A stretch of DNA of 64,000 bases, from contig NW_025767257.1 in the NCBI RefSeq assembly GCF_003918875.1, forward strand, positions 930,001-994,000, read 5' to 3'. This stretch comes from Haliotis rubra. Taxonomy: Eukaryota. A model generated the notes under the pieces. That model did not search any database, was not told the DNA's origin, and saw only the letters and a program-made list of their open reading frames with translations. Shown in pieces: positions 52,401-64,000 of this stretch. Both the position numbers and the translations under genes were made by a program. How positions within the stretch are numbered: the first letter of the stretch is position 1; every line of letters starts with the position of its first letter.

Positions 52401-52491
52401 CCACAGATGTCATGCCATTCTACGTTAATGCGTGTGTACGGTGGGTTATTTGCCATGTTGTTGTTAACGATTCCTTCCTGTGATGTTTCAG

Positions 52492-52779
52492 TGTGTTCAT
52501 ATTCCTGGAAACGGACTAAGATGGGCCAGCTACCGTTGTGAGTGCAGTCAGGAGGCCTGTGACCAAATAGACGAGAACGATAAAAACTTAGACGGAAAGC
52601 TTATGGAGAAAACATATCTGTTCAGGAATGTGTCAGACAACCACACACAGGATCAATGTCTTCCTTGCATAGCTGTGTACAATATTCTACTTCGCGGAAT
52701 ACCGCTTGGAATACAGAGTTTTTGCATGACAATAGCATTGGTCATTGGCATCGTTATAGTGAGGTTAAGAAAAACCAAG
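52492..52779 (+). CDS. GPR158/GPR179-like GPCR, internal exon (EGF-like/Cys-rich region + TM1)
   Basis: Acceptor tgatgtttcag| and donor AAG|gtaagt. 288 bp = 96 codons: CVHIPGNGLRWASYRCEC...CLPCIAVYNILLRGIPLGIQSFCMTIALVIGIVIVRLRKTK, matching the GPR158 pattern C.PI.G.G...G.Y.C.C ... CLPC ... LR....Q..CM ... RK.K. Confidence 0.92.
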
Positions 52780-54997
52780 GTAAGTTGCGTGTATTTGCCT
52801 TTATATGTAAAGAATAACTGTGTTTTGAGTCGATCATCTGAACCCATAAATGAACAATGAAAACATTATATTCACGAAAGCATGTGCAGACAGATGTTTA
52901 CCAAACTAAGAACTCCCAGTACAAAGGTATCAATTTCTTAAACATAAAAGGATCAGTTCCGATTTTGAAAATATCCACTTTTTATGAATGTCAATGTTCA
53001 TGAAGTTGCATATGCAAACAATGGATTCATGGAAGTTCTTGCAACCCTTTCTGCTGGAAGTCATTTTCCATTTGGCTCCCGTGTGTTAGTCTACGTTCGT
53101 AGAGATGTAGAAGGCCTGCTGTCAAGACGATACACCTTATTTACAACACCATACGTGTCACATTACACCTTCAATATACCGTTTACAATACACCTTTCTT
53201 GTGACATCATACATGCCACAATAAACGTGCATTCCAGTATCATAAATATCACGCCTCCCGGCCTATGATATATGTACTTGTCACAAGACACCCAACAATA
53301 CCGTCATGTCCGTGTTACAATACAGTACGTGTCCCGATTCACCTTTCGTGCGTCATGATGTCACGATAAACGTTTCCTAAACGTGTTACATTCTACCCAA
53401 CCATACAATGCGTGTAGGTGTCACAATACACCTCCCTGACGATACCATTATGTACGTATCACGACAAAATACGTATCATGATACACCTTTGCGGAATACC
53501 GTACGCGTTATGATACGTCCATAGTTATATAAGCAAGCAATATGTACTACATACTGAGTTATATCATCACACCTGCTATTGTTACGATGCATTACAAAGA
53601 GACATGATACTCTTCACAGTTTTAATTCGTTAAACAAGTGAGTGAGTAAGGTATCGTTATGAGTCGCAGACAGCAGTATCAAAGTATCATCTAGTCTACA
53701 TCGCGAAACAAGGAGGTACAGCGGTACATGTTTATCTCGTCTGGTTTCTCCCGCAGTGCTCTCTTCAGTTGACCAATTTGACCTCATACCTTTCTCCCTG
53801 TCTGTGTTTCTCAGTGCTATACTGCCAGACTTGCAGAAATGTTGGAAGACAGTAATACCGGAATAGCTCTAATGAGCGTCGCTAACAGATTATGACAGGT
53901 GATGTGCATTCATTTTCACATTCCTTGATCAACATTAGAAAGGAAAGTATCGGGCAACGTAGAATCTGTACCATGCTTCACCATCATCGACTTGAGGTAC
54001 ACCAGCTGGGATGGTAGTTATGCATGTTCTAACTATCCATTTAAAGGTATATTAGGTAGTTTTTTCGAAGTATATCGAACGCTTAGCATAAATACCGTAC
54101 ACTTGTCATACGTTATTGCAAGCACATTCCAATAGCCAGATACAGTTATCAAGAGACTGGGTATTGAGTCGCTGTGAGCAATTTCTCTTGGTGATAACAA
54201 TGAATACGGTATAGTACTGCCACACCATGACTCACGACCAGAACGAACGTTGGATTACGACCCACAAACATAGGATCTTGACATACCAAAGGGGCGCAAC
54301 TCTGGACTACGTTTGGCACCTACCAAACGAATCGTGCACTAAATTAACAAGTGAATGGAACTCTGGTAGATTTAGATGAACGGATGTACTGATTGTTCAT
54401 ATGAAAACTCAGTCGCAGATAGCAATATTCAAAACATGTTGACATCGCCATATCGTGGGTGAAGTCACAACTCCAAACATTGCCTTGCGCATCACGTTGT
54501 GGGCGGAGTTAACCAATACACCTGCGATCTATATTCCTTATCAACACATGCTGATTCAGCCAAGTCACGTTCAGCAGATTCTCTAACTTTACAGTTAAAA
54601 ATGTCTTTCCTGTTTTGATGGAGGTGGAAGGACGTGTTCTGTCCAGATTTCCGCTGCCCCCGTATTCTCTCTCCCTCTCACCATTTCACCACTCTTCATG
54701 TTTAGGTATATGATAAAGAATCGTTCTGAAATTGTACTTGTGACTCTAAATCCCAAGGAAAGAAAGCCCAGGAAAAGTAAGACCGAGGGGAAAACCCCTC
54801 ATCAATATGCCAAATATCGAGTAAAGACAAATAATGGGTTTTGTCTCCCGTATAAAGTTCTTGAAATTCGATTGCACATTTCAGCCTATAATCAGTTGAT
54901 AAGTAAGAACAGCCAGATACATTCTCGCTCACACTTCAAGTAATATCTGTTAATAAGTTGACTTCAAAATGTTCCATCATCTGTACTCAGAATAAAT

Positions 54998-57900
54998 AGT
55001 ACACACATCATTATTGACATACTGCAGTGTACAGACATCATTGTTGGACATAGTACCGACATCATTTTTGCCATAGTACAGACATCTTTGATGACATAGA
55101 ACAGTCGTCATTGTTGACATAGTACAGACATCTTTGATGACATAGTACACTCATCATTGTTGACATAGTACATACACTATTGTTGACATTGTACATATAT
55201 TATTGGTGACACAGTACAGACATTATTGTTCACATATAAAAAGGCATTATTGTTCGCATAGTACAGACATCTTTGATGACATAGTACAGTCATCATTGTT
55301 GACATAGTACATACACTATTGTTGACATTGTACAGGCATTTTTGTTGACATAGTAAGTACATTATTGTTGACAGAGTACAGATATTATTGGTGACACAGT
55401 ACAGACATTATTGTTCACATATTAAAAGGCATTATTGTTCGCATAGTACAGACATCTTTGATGACATAGTACAGTCGTCATTGTTGACATAGTGACATCT
55501 TTGATGACATAGTACAGTCATCATTGTTGACATAGTACATACACTATTGTTGACATTGTACATATATTATTGGTGACACAGTACAGACATTATTGTTCAC
55601 ATATTAAAAGGCATTATTGTTCGCATAGTACAGACATCTTTGATGACATAGTACAGTCATCATTGTTGACATAGTACATACACTATTGTTGACATTGTAC
55701 AGGCATTTTTGTTGACATAGTAAGTACATTATTGTTGACAGAGTACAGATATTATTGTTGACACAGTACAGACATTATTGTTCACATAGTAAAGGCATTA
55801 TTGTTGACATAGTACAGACATCATTGTTGACATAGTACATACACTATTGTTGACATTGTACATATATTATTGTTGACACAGTACAGACATTATTGTTCAC
55901 ATATTAAAAGGCATTATTGTTCGCATAGTACAGACATCTTTGATGATATAGTACAGTCATCATTGTTGACATAGTACATACACTATTGTTGACATTGAAC
56001 AGGCATTTTTGTTGACATAGTAAGTACATTATTGTTGACATAGTACAGATATTATTGCTGACACAGTACAGACATTATTGTTGACATAGTAAAGACATTA
56101 TTGTTGACACAGTACGGCCATTATTGTTGACATAGTACAAATATTATTGTTGGCATATTACAGTCATCATCGTTGACATATTACAGTCATCATCGTTCAC
56201 ATATTACAGGCATCATTATTGACATATCACAAGTATCATTATTGACATATTGCAGGCATCATTATTGACATATTACAAGTATCATTGACATATTACAGGC
56301 ATCTTTATTGACATATTATCGTTATTGACATATTACAGGCATCATTGTTGACATCTTGCAGGCATTATTACTGACATATTACAAGTACCATTATTGACAT
56401 ATTACAGGCATCATTATTGACATATTATCGTTATTGACAAGTATCGTTATTGACATATTACAGACATCATTATTGACATATTACAGGCATCATTGTTGAC
56501 ATCTTGCAGACATTATTATTGACATATTACAAGTACCATTATTGACATATTACAGACATCATTATTAACATATTACAGGCATCATTATTGATAACCTACA
56601 GGTATGATTATTGGCATATTACAAGTATCATTGACAAATTACAGGCATCATTGTTTACATCTTGCAGGCATTATTACTGACATATTACAAGTACCATTAT
56701 TGACATATTACAGACATCATTATTGACATATTACAGACATCATTATTAACATATTACAGGCATCATTATTGATAACCTACAGGTATCATTATTGGCATAT
56801 TACAAGTATCATTGACAAATTACAGGCATCATTGTTTACATCTTGCAGTCATTATTACTGACATATTTCAAGTACCATTATTGACATATTACAGACATCA
56901 TTATTGACATATTACAGGCATCATTGTTGACATCTTGCAGGCATTATTACTGACATATTACAAGTACCATTATTGACATATTACAGACATCATTATTGAC
57001 ATATTACAGACATCATTATTAACATATTACAGGCATCATTATTGATTAGTTACAGGCATCATTATTGACATATTACAGACATCATTATTGATAACTTACA
57101 AGTACCATTATTGACATATTACAGACATCATTATTAACATATTACAGGCATCATTGTTGACATCTTGCAGGCATTATTACTGACATGTGACAAGTACCAT
57201 TATTGACATATTACAGGCATCATTATTAACATATTACAGGCATCATTATTGACAACCTACAGGTATCATTATTGGCATATTACAAGTATCATTATTGACA
57301 TATTACAGGCATCATTGTTGACATCTTACAGGCATTATTATTGACATATTACAAGTACCATTATTGACATATTACAGGCATCATTATTGACATATTACAG
57401 GCATCATTGTTGACATCTTGCAGTCATTATTACTGACATATTACAAGTACCATTATTGACATATTACAGGCATCATTATTGACATATTGCAAGTACCATT
57501 ATTGATAACTTACAGGTATCATTATTGGCATATTACAGGCATCATTATTAACATATTACAGGCATCATTATTGATAACTTATAGGTATGATTATTGGCAT
57601 ATTACAAGTATCATTGTCAAATTACAGGCATCATTGTTTACATCTTGCGGGCATTATTACTGACATATTACAAGTACCATTATTGACATAGTACAGGCAT
57701 CATTATTGACATATTACAGGCATCATTATTGGTAACTTACAGGTATGATTATTGACATATTACAAGTATCATTGACAAAATACAGGCATCATTGTTTACA
57801 TCTTGAGGCATTATTACTGAATATTACAGGCATAATTGACATATTACAGACATCATTATTGCAGACATCATTATTAACATATTACAGGCATCATTATTAC

Positions 57901-58645
57901 ATTATTGGACAAGTATCATTACAAATTACCATATTGTTTACACAGTCATTATTGACAGACATCATTATTGACATATTACATTGTTTACATCATTATTAAC
58001 ATATTACATATTACAGCATCATTACAGACATCATTATTAACATATTACAGGCATCATTATTGACAACCTACAGGTATCATTATTGGCATATTACAAGTAT
58101 CATTGACAAATTACAGGCATCATTGTTTACATCTTGCAGGCATTATTACTGACATATTACATTGTTGAATCTTACCATTATTGACATAGGTACAGGCATA
58201 ATATATTGACAAATTGTTTACATCTTGCAGGCATCATTGTTGACATCTTGCAGGCATTATTACTGACATATTACAAGACAAATTAGGCCATTATTGCAGG
58301 CATTATTACTGACATATTACAAGTACCATTATTGACATATTACAGACATCATTATTGACATATTACAGGCATCATTATTGAAATCTTGCATGCATCATTA
58401 CTGATATATTACAAGTACCATTATTGGTATATTACAAGTATTATTATTGACATATGACAGGCATCATTGTTGATATATTACAGACATCATTAGTGACATC
58501 TTACAGGCAACAGTGTTGACATATTGCAGTATCATTATTGACATATTACCAAGGTCACTATTGACATATTACCGACATCATTATTGACATAATGTTATAT
58601 TGGCAATATTATTAGCATGGCATAGACATCACTATTGACACAGTG
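54998..58645. repeat. 23-bp minisatellite with two sub-arrays
   Basis: gacatagtacagacatcattgtt-type units to ~56160, then gacatattacaggcatcattatt-type units. Lies in the GPCR intron. Confidence 0.93.
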
Positions 58646-58666
58646 TGTAAATCGTTATGGATATAG

Positions 58667-58669
<3 letters not shown>

Positions 58670-58697
<28 letters not shown>
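58670..58697. repeat. (TA)n microsatellite
   Basis: About 14 TA units. Confidence 0.9.
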
Positions 58698-58700
<3 letters not shown>

Positions 58701-59959
58701 TACTGAAACAAAACACAGGCATCATTGTTAACGTATTCACTTTATGACAGGGTATGACAGGGTATGACATTGTACGTCACAAGAAGACATTGTCGGTATC
58801 ACTTTTGTCTGGTTCCTCTTTTTGCCCTTGTTCAGGAGAGACAGAATTCGGTCACTGTTTTCCTGTAACGATATGAGGTACAATGAGGTTCACATGCTGC
58901 TGAGATATTCTCGATGCATATGTGTGGGCATATAAATATTCATAAAGCAATGTCTGTTAACAAACAAAGGCTAAGCATATACAGAAGTAGGAGGTTAATG
59001 CCTGTATTTAGTACAATACTTTTCATGCTTTCGTAGTTGCTTTTCAAATAAAGAACCACCATGCATCTTTTACAAGCATTTATGCGACTATGTATTCTCT
59101 GTTCATTCAGAAATACTGTACTGGAAAGTAAATCTGGTGATATGATTTTGGATATTTGGCAGATTTTAATATAATGCGATCTAGCTTAATGGTCAGACGC
59201 AAATCAGCTGTGACAAGTTTATACTATTTGAGGCATGAACTGCTGGTATTGACGTCATAATGCATTGTTTTTAAAGATATTTACCTGACATTAAAGGTCA
59301 AATGGATTAGCCAAACGTTGTCCAACTTAGGACGTTACGTGAGAGTAGTTCCAGGATATATCCCAGGCTACACACGGCTGGTGATATTAACCTCCTAAGT
59401 TTAGATTTAATGTTGACAATTAACGGGAAAAGAATAGCTGGGGATGTTAACCGAGATCTAGCTCCCTCTAAGTGCCTGCTTACACCTCCCACGCTTGTCA
59501 ACTAGGATGGCCCACGTCGAAAAGCCATCGGGACGAAAACACAGCTATTGTTGCGGGTCAAGACGTCATTGATTGCGGAAATAACTCAAGGTTATTTCTT
59601 TGTTTTGCTATCGACCTTATGTAACGTTGATGCATATTAGGAGTTTTTATTGTTTGGAAAGTAGGTAAAGTTTATTGTGACAAGATCAATTGTCCTACGA
59701 ATTGCTTATGATTAAACATATAAAAAATCATCGTATTGACATACCAACAGTTGAAAAAACATGGGTACAAGCATGTACATATTTCCTGCATCCCGCCTTC
59801 GTTGCTCGTGGTTTTCACGTGGGTTTCAGCAAAATGGTACGAGCTGCGTCACATCGGGTTTTCCTGAATATTTGCTACAAAGGCAAATATTTGCTGTCAG
59901 TAATTATTTCATGGCAATGTCATGTATATCTAAAATTTCATTATTCTTTCTATTTCCAG

Positions 59960-60028
59960 GTGATGCGCTCCAGTATGTGGATTTTACTAGAGATGATATT
60001 AGTGGGAGCCCTTCTCTTATACGCAACA
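59960..60028 (+). CDS. GPR158/GPR179-like GPCR, internal exon (ICL1 + TM2)
   Basis: Acceptor ttctttctatttccag| and donor |gtgagt. 69 bp = 23 codons VMRSSMWILLEMILVGALLLYAT, matching GPR158-type S+R.S..ILLE.IL.G.LLLY. In frame with the preceding exon. Later exons were not found before 64000. Confidence 0.92.
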
Positions 60029-60181
60029 GTGAGTATATAGTCACGATTCTTTCAAGATACTCAACAATATCTCCCTTGCTAACTCCAACTAACAGAAAGT
60101 GGGTACGGTTGTGTGTTTGGTCGTTTTTTCAAAAGCTGAAATGTAGCACGTGATTCGCTAAACCTCTGCTGTAGATCGTTC

Positions 60182-60341
60182 GGGGAAGAGGGGTAGAATA
60201 GTGGTAAGATCGTTCGCTCATCACGCCAAAACCCGGGTTCAATTCCCCACGTGGATACAATGGATGTAGCCCATTTCTAAAAAAAACCGCCACGATATTG
60301 TTGGAATATTGCTAAACACGGCGTAAAACCATACTCACTCA
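60182..60341 (+). mobile_element. SINE family A, diverged copy
   Basis: cgttcgctcatcacgcc...gggttcaattcccc...ggaatattgctaaacacggcgtaaaaccatactcactca. Confidence 0.85.
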
Positions 60342-61228
60342 TTGTAGTTCATGTAGCTCATTCGGAATATATAGGAATACTTGCCTATGTATACTACAGA
60401 GTGAAACACATAATGTTGTTGAAGTCTAATGATTATTCAATAAACGCGAAGTCATGCATTACTTAGGGTGCCGCTGCCTTGCATGTAACTTGTCCTCTTT
60501 TCGGAATGATTCATACGGTTTGTGCCCGATTGTTCAGTGCTTAATTGCTACCCTGAAGACATGGTGATGAGTACATAAGTGATAGCTCTGTCCGGCCTTA
60601 ACCTCGGAACTACCATGACATTTGTCTGTTTGCCGTAGGCTGTCACTGGTATCCGTTTGTACAACTAGTGGAGCCGATCTCTTGCATGTTCCTACCACCC
60701 TTGCGTGTGCATGTGGGAACGACTCGATTAAAGTGTGCACTGTTAAACAAACTTAATTAGTACCTTTGGTTGGTGTAATTTACTATAATCACCACGGAGG
60801 TTGTAATAGGGAGTCACACCATGTGTCGTGAGCGCAAATACCTCTCTTTCTTATGTGTGCACTATCCACGTAAATGCCTTTTGTTCAAAACGTATGATAA
60901 AACGTTGAAGTAAAATGTAATTCTTAAACATCTGAAGGGGTCCAGTTCTGGTTTGAGTGAGTGAGTATGTTTTTACGCCTCTTTAAGCAATATAAAACCC
61001 CATGTTCAGCCATGAAACAATTTGACATTGTATTACCAAAACAGCAGCATCGGAGACCAAATTATATGGTCACTACTAAATATACCATGGCATTACACCA
61101 ACATGCCCATTATAACAGAAAGCCTTGTTGGTGTACTTCAAGCGAAAGAGCCACAGTAAATACTATTCTTCTCACTGAATAATCACTAATAACAATCACG
61201 ATGTATATGTACATTATGTTTATTCTAT

Positions 61229-61408
61229 GAGGTGATATAGCCTATGGGTTAAAGTGTTTGCTCGTCACAGTTTCGAACACCAACATGACTTCTATGAGTG
61301 TGGTCCATTTCTTGTGTCTCCCTTCGTGATATTGTAGGAATAAGCACACATAAACACACACACACACGCACGCACGCACGTGCGCGCTCGCAAACCAACA
61401 TACTCACT
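61229..61408 (+). mobile_element. SINE family A, very diverged copy with CA/GCAC microsatellite in the tail
   Basis: tagcctatgggttaaagtgtttgctcgtcac...ccatttcttgtgtctcccttcgtgatattgtaggaata. Confidence 0.6.
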
Positions 61409-61962
61409 ACAGTTTTTATGCTATTTATTTACTAACATATCCACTTCCGAATTTGTCCGCTTTCATTCGTACTTAATCTAATACAGTGTATTTACGTCCA
61501 AGACTGCTTACTACCTTCAGCCTGAGACAAATGTACCTCAAAATAACACATTCAAACACACCCAAACATACAGACGTTTGACTCGCATCTATTATCTTCA
61601 AGTCCAAATATAAATAACAAAGTTATGTTCTTGCATTTTACAAATATACGGAGATCTAGTAGCAATGGCTTATACAAACAACAATTACAAATGATTAACA
61701 GTGTGCAAATCACGCCACGTCCATCTGGTGTTTGACATGCATGCACACACTCTCATTTGTATATTACCATGTGTGTGTACAGACAGGCCTGTGACCTACA
61801 CGTACTGAAATAAAGGATGACGAAAATCACTAACCCACAAGGAATGAAATTACGATAACAGGAAAACATAATACCTAAAGATTTTTCGTCATTTACACCA
61901 CAAATGTAAATGAAGTGGGAACAACTTTTCAGTTAGTTTCACTGAACGTATGTCCACGGTTT

Positions 61963-63725
61963 CCACAGTAGTAGTCACATGGTAAGTCATTGATACCACA
62001 GTAGTAGTCACATGTTAAGTCATTGATACCACAGTAGTAGTCACATGTTAAGTCATTGATACCACAGTAGTAGTCACATGTAAAGTCATTGATACCACAG
62101 TAGTAGTCACATGTAAAGTCATTGATACCACAGTAGTAGTCACATGTAAAGTCATTGATACCACAGTAGTAGTCACATGTTAAGTCATTGATACCACAGT
62201 AGTAGTCACATGCTAAGTCATTGATACCACAGTAGTAGTCACATGTAAAGTCATTGATACCACAGTAGTACTCACATGTAAAGTCATTGATACCACAGTA
62301 GTACTCACATGTAAAGTCATTGATACCACAGTAGTAGTCACATGTAAAGTCATTGATACCACAGTAGTACTCACATGTAAAGTCATTGATACCACAGTAG
62401 TAGTCACATGTCAAGTCATTGATACCACAGTAGTAGTCACATGTAAAGTCATTGATACCAATGTACCATTTACATGTTAAGTCATTGATACCACAGTAGT
62501 AGTCACATGTTAAGTCATTGATACCACAGTAGTAGTCACATGTTAAGTCATTGATACCACAGTAGTAGTCACATGTAAAGTCATTGATACCACAGTAGTA
62601 GTCACATGTAAAGTCATTGATACCACAGTAGTAGTCACATGTTAAGTCATTGATACCACAGTAGTAGTCACATGTTAAGTCATTGATACCACAGTAGTAG
62701 TCACATGTAAAGTCATTGATACCACAGTAGTAGTCACATGTCAAGTCATTGATACCACAGTAGTAGTCACATGTAAAGTCATTGATACCACAGTAGTAGT
62801 CACATGTTAAGTCATTGATACCACAGTAGTAGTCACATGCTAAGTCATTGATACCACAGTAGTAGTCACATGTAAAGTCATTGATACCACAGTAGTAGTC
62901 ACATGTAAAGCCATTGATACCACAGTAGTACTCACATGTAAAGTCATTGATACCACAGTAGTAGTCACATGTAAAGTCATTGATACCACAGTAGTACTCA
63001 CATGTAAAGTCATTGATACCACAGTAGTAGTCACATGTCAAGTCATTGATACCACAGTAGTAGTCACATGTAAAGTCATTGATACCAATGTACCATTTAC
63101 ATGTTAAGTCATTGATACCACAGTAGTAGTCACATGTAAAGTCATTGATACCACAGTAGTAGTCACATGTTAAGTCATTGATACAACAGTAGTAGTCACA
63201 TGTAAAGTCATTGATACCACAGTAGTAGTCACATGTAAAGTCATTGATACCACAGTAGTAGTCACATGTTAAGTCATTGATACAACAGTAGTAGTCACAT
63301 GTTAATTCATTGATACCACAGTAGTAGTCACATGTTAAGTCATTGATACCACAGTAGTAGTCACATGTAAAGTCATTGATACCACAGTAGTAGTCACATG
63401 TAAAGTCATTGATACCACAGTAGTAGTCACATGTTAAGTCATTGATACAACAGTAGTAGTCACATGTAAAGTCATTGATACCACAGTAGTAGTCACATGT
63501 TAAGTCATTGATACCACAGTAGTAGTCACATGTGAAGTCATTGATACCACAGTAGTAGTCACATGTTAAGTCATTGATACCACAGTAGTAGTCACATGTA
63601 AAGTCATTGATACCACAGTAGTAGTCACATGTTAAGTCATTGATACCACAGTAGTAGTCACATGTTAAGGCATTGATACCACAGTAGTATTCACATGCTA
63701 CGTCATTGATGCCACAGTATTATTC
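61963..63725. repeat. 33-bp minisatellite, ~53 copies
   Basis: Unit ccacagtagtagtcacatgtaaagtcattgata. A variant unit (ccaatgtaccatttac) occurs at 62458 and 63085, 627 bp = 19 units apart. Confidence 0.96.
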
Positions 63726-64000
63726 ATCCGAAAATCATCTCACGCATCGGGTCTCTTTGTTTCTGAGAGTTGCATGTCATGTGAGCATTATCCAACATCA
63801 GCTTCCAGCCCAGAGAGCACAGCTGCTTTCTAATCATAAACCATCCCAGCACGAACCATGTACGTACAGTACCTGTATACTGGTGTCGTGTTTACATTGG
63901 ACAACCAGCTTGCTTGTTTACGAGGACACACTGTGTTTTTCGCCATGGATAATGGATCTTGAATTTAAAACAAATAAAAGAAAGACTTACAACGTGTAAT

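Noticed and set aside
3450-63725. Tandem arrays as CRISPR arrays
   Set aside because: Units are head-to-tail with no unique spacers, there are no cas genes, and the context is eukaryotic (spliceosomal introns, SINEs).
12663-63725. Apparent excess of satellite unit lengths divisible by three (18, 24, 33, 36, 42, 45, 75)
   Set aside because: About 7 of 15 versus one third expected, and some units are related; too weak to suggest coding selection.

Overview
This is animal (eukaryotic) genomic DNA, not a prokaryotic locus. The SINE families and repeat landscape suggest a mollusc, possibly an abalone-like gastropod (inference). The only well-supported host gene is three consecutive + strand coding exons (48428-48536, 52492-52779, 59960-60028) of a GPR158/GPR179-like class C GPCR. 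They splice in frame with canonical GT-AG sites and are mostly missed or mis-framed by the ORF track. The rest is intron/intergenic DNA. About 40% of it is some 15 minisatellite arrays (units 18-75 bp), which produce nearly all the long ORFs in the track. Mobile elements: a Tc1/mariner element (27-bp TIRs, TA TSD) inserted exactly into the RT motif of a decayed non-LTR retrotransposon; a hAT-type MITE with an 8-bp TSD; a 100-bp Harbinger-type MITE; Penelope-like RT relics; and four SINE families (tRNA-head, structured non-tRNA head, Meta-domain-like, 5S-rRNA-like). No CRISPR, rRNA or true tRNA gene was found, and I cannot support a claim of a new multi-gene system. The best leads are a shortened Cys-rich domain in the GPCR, SINE families sharing one 3' tail (one with a pseudoknot-like head), a TGACA/TGTCA motif recurring across unrelated satellites, and adjacent satellites that appear to derive from one another.
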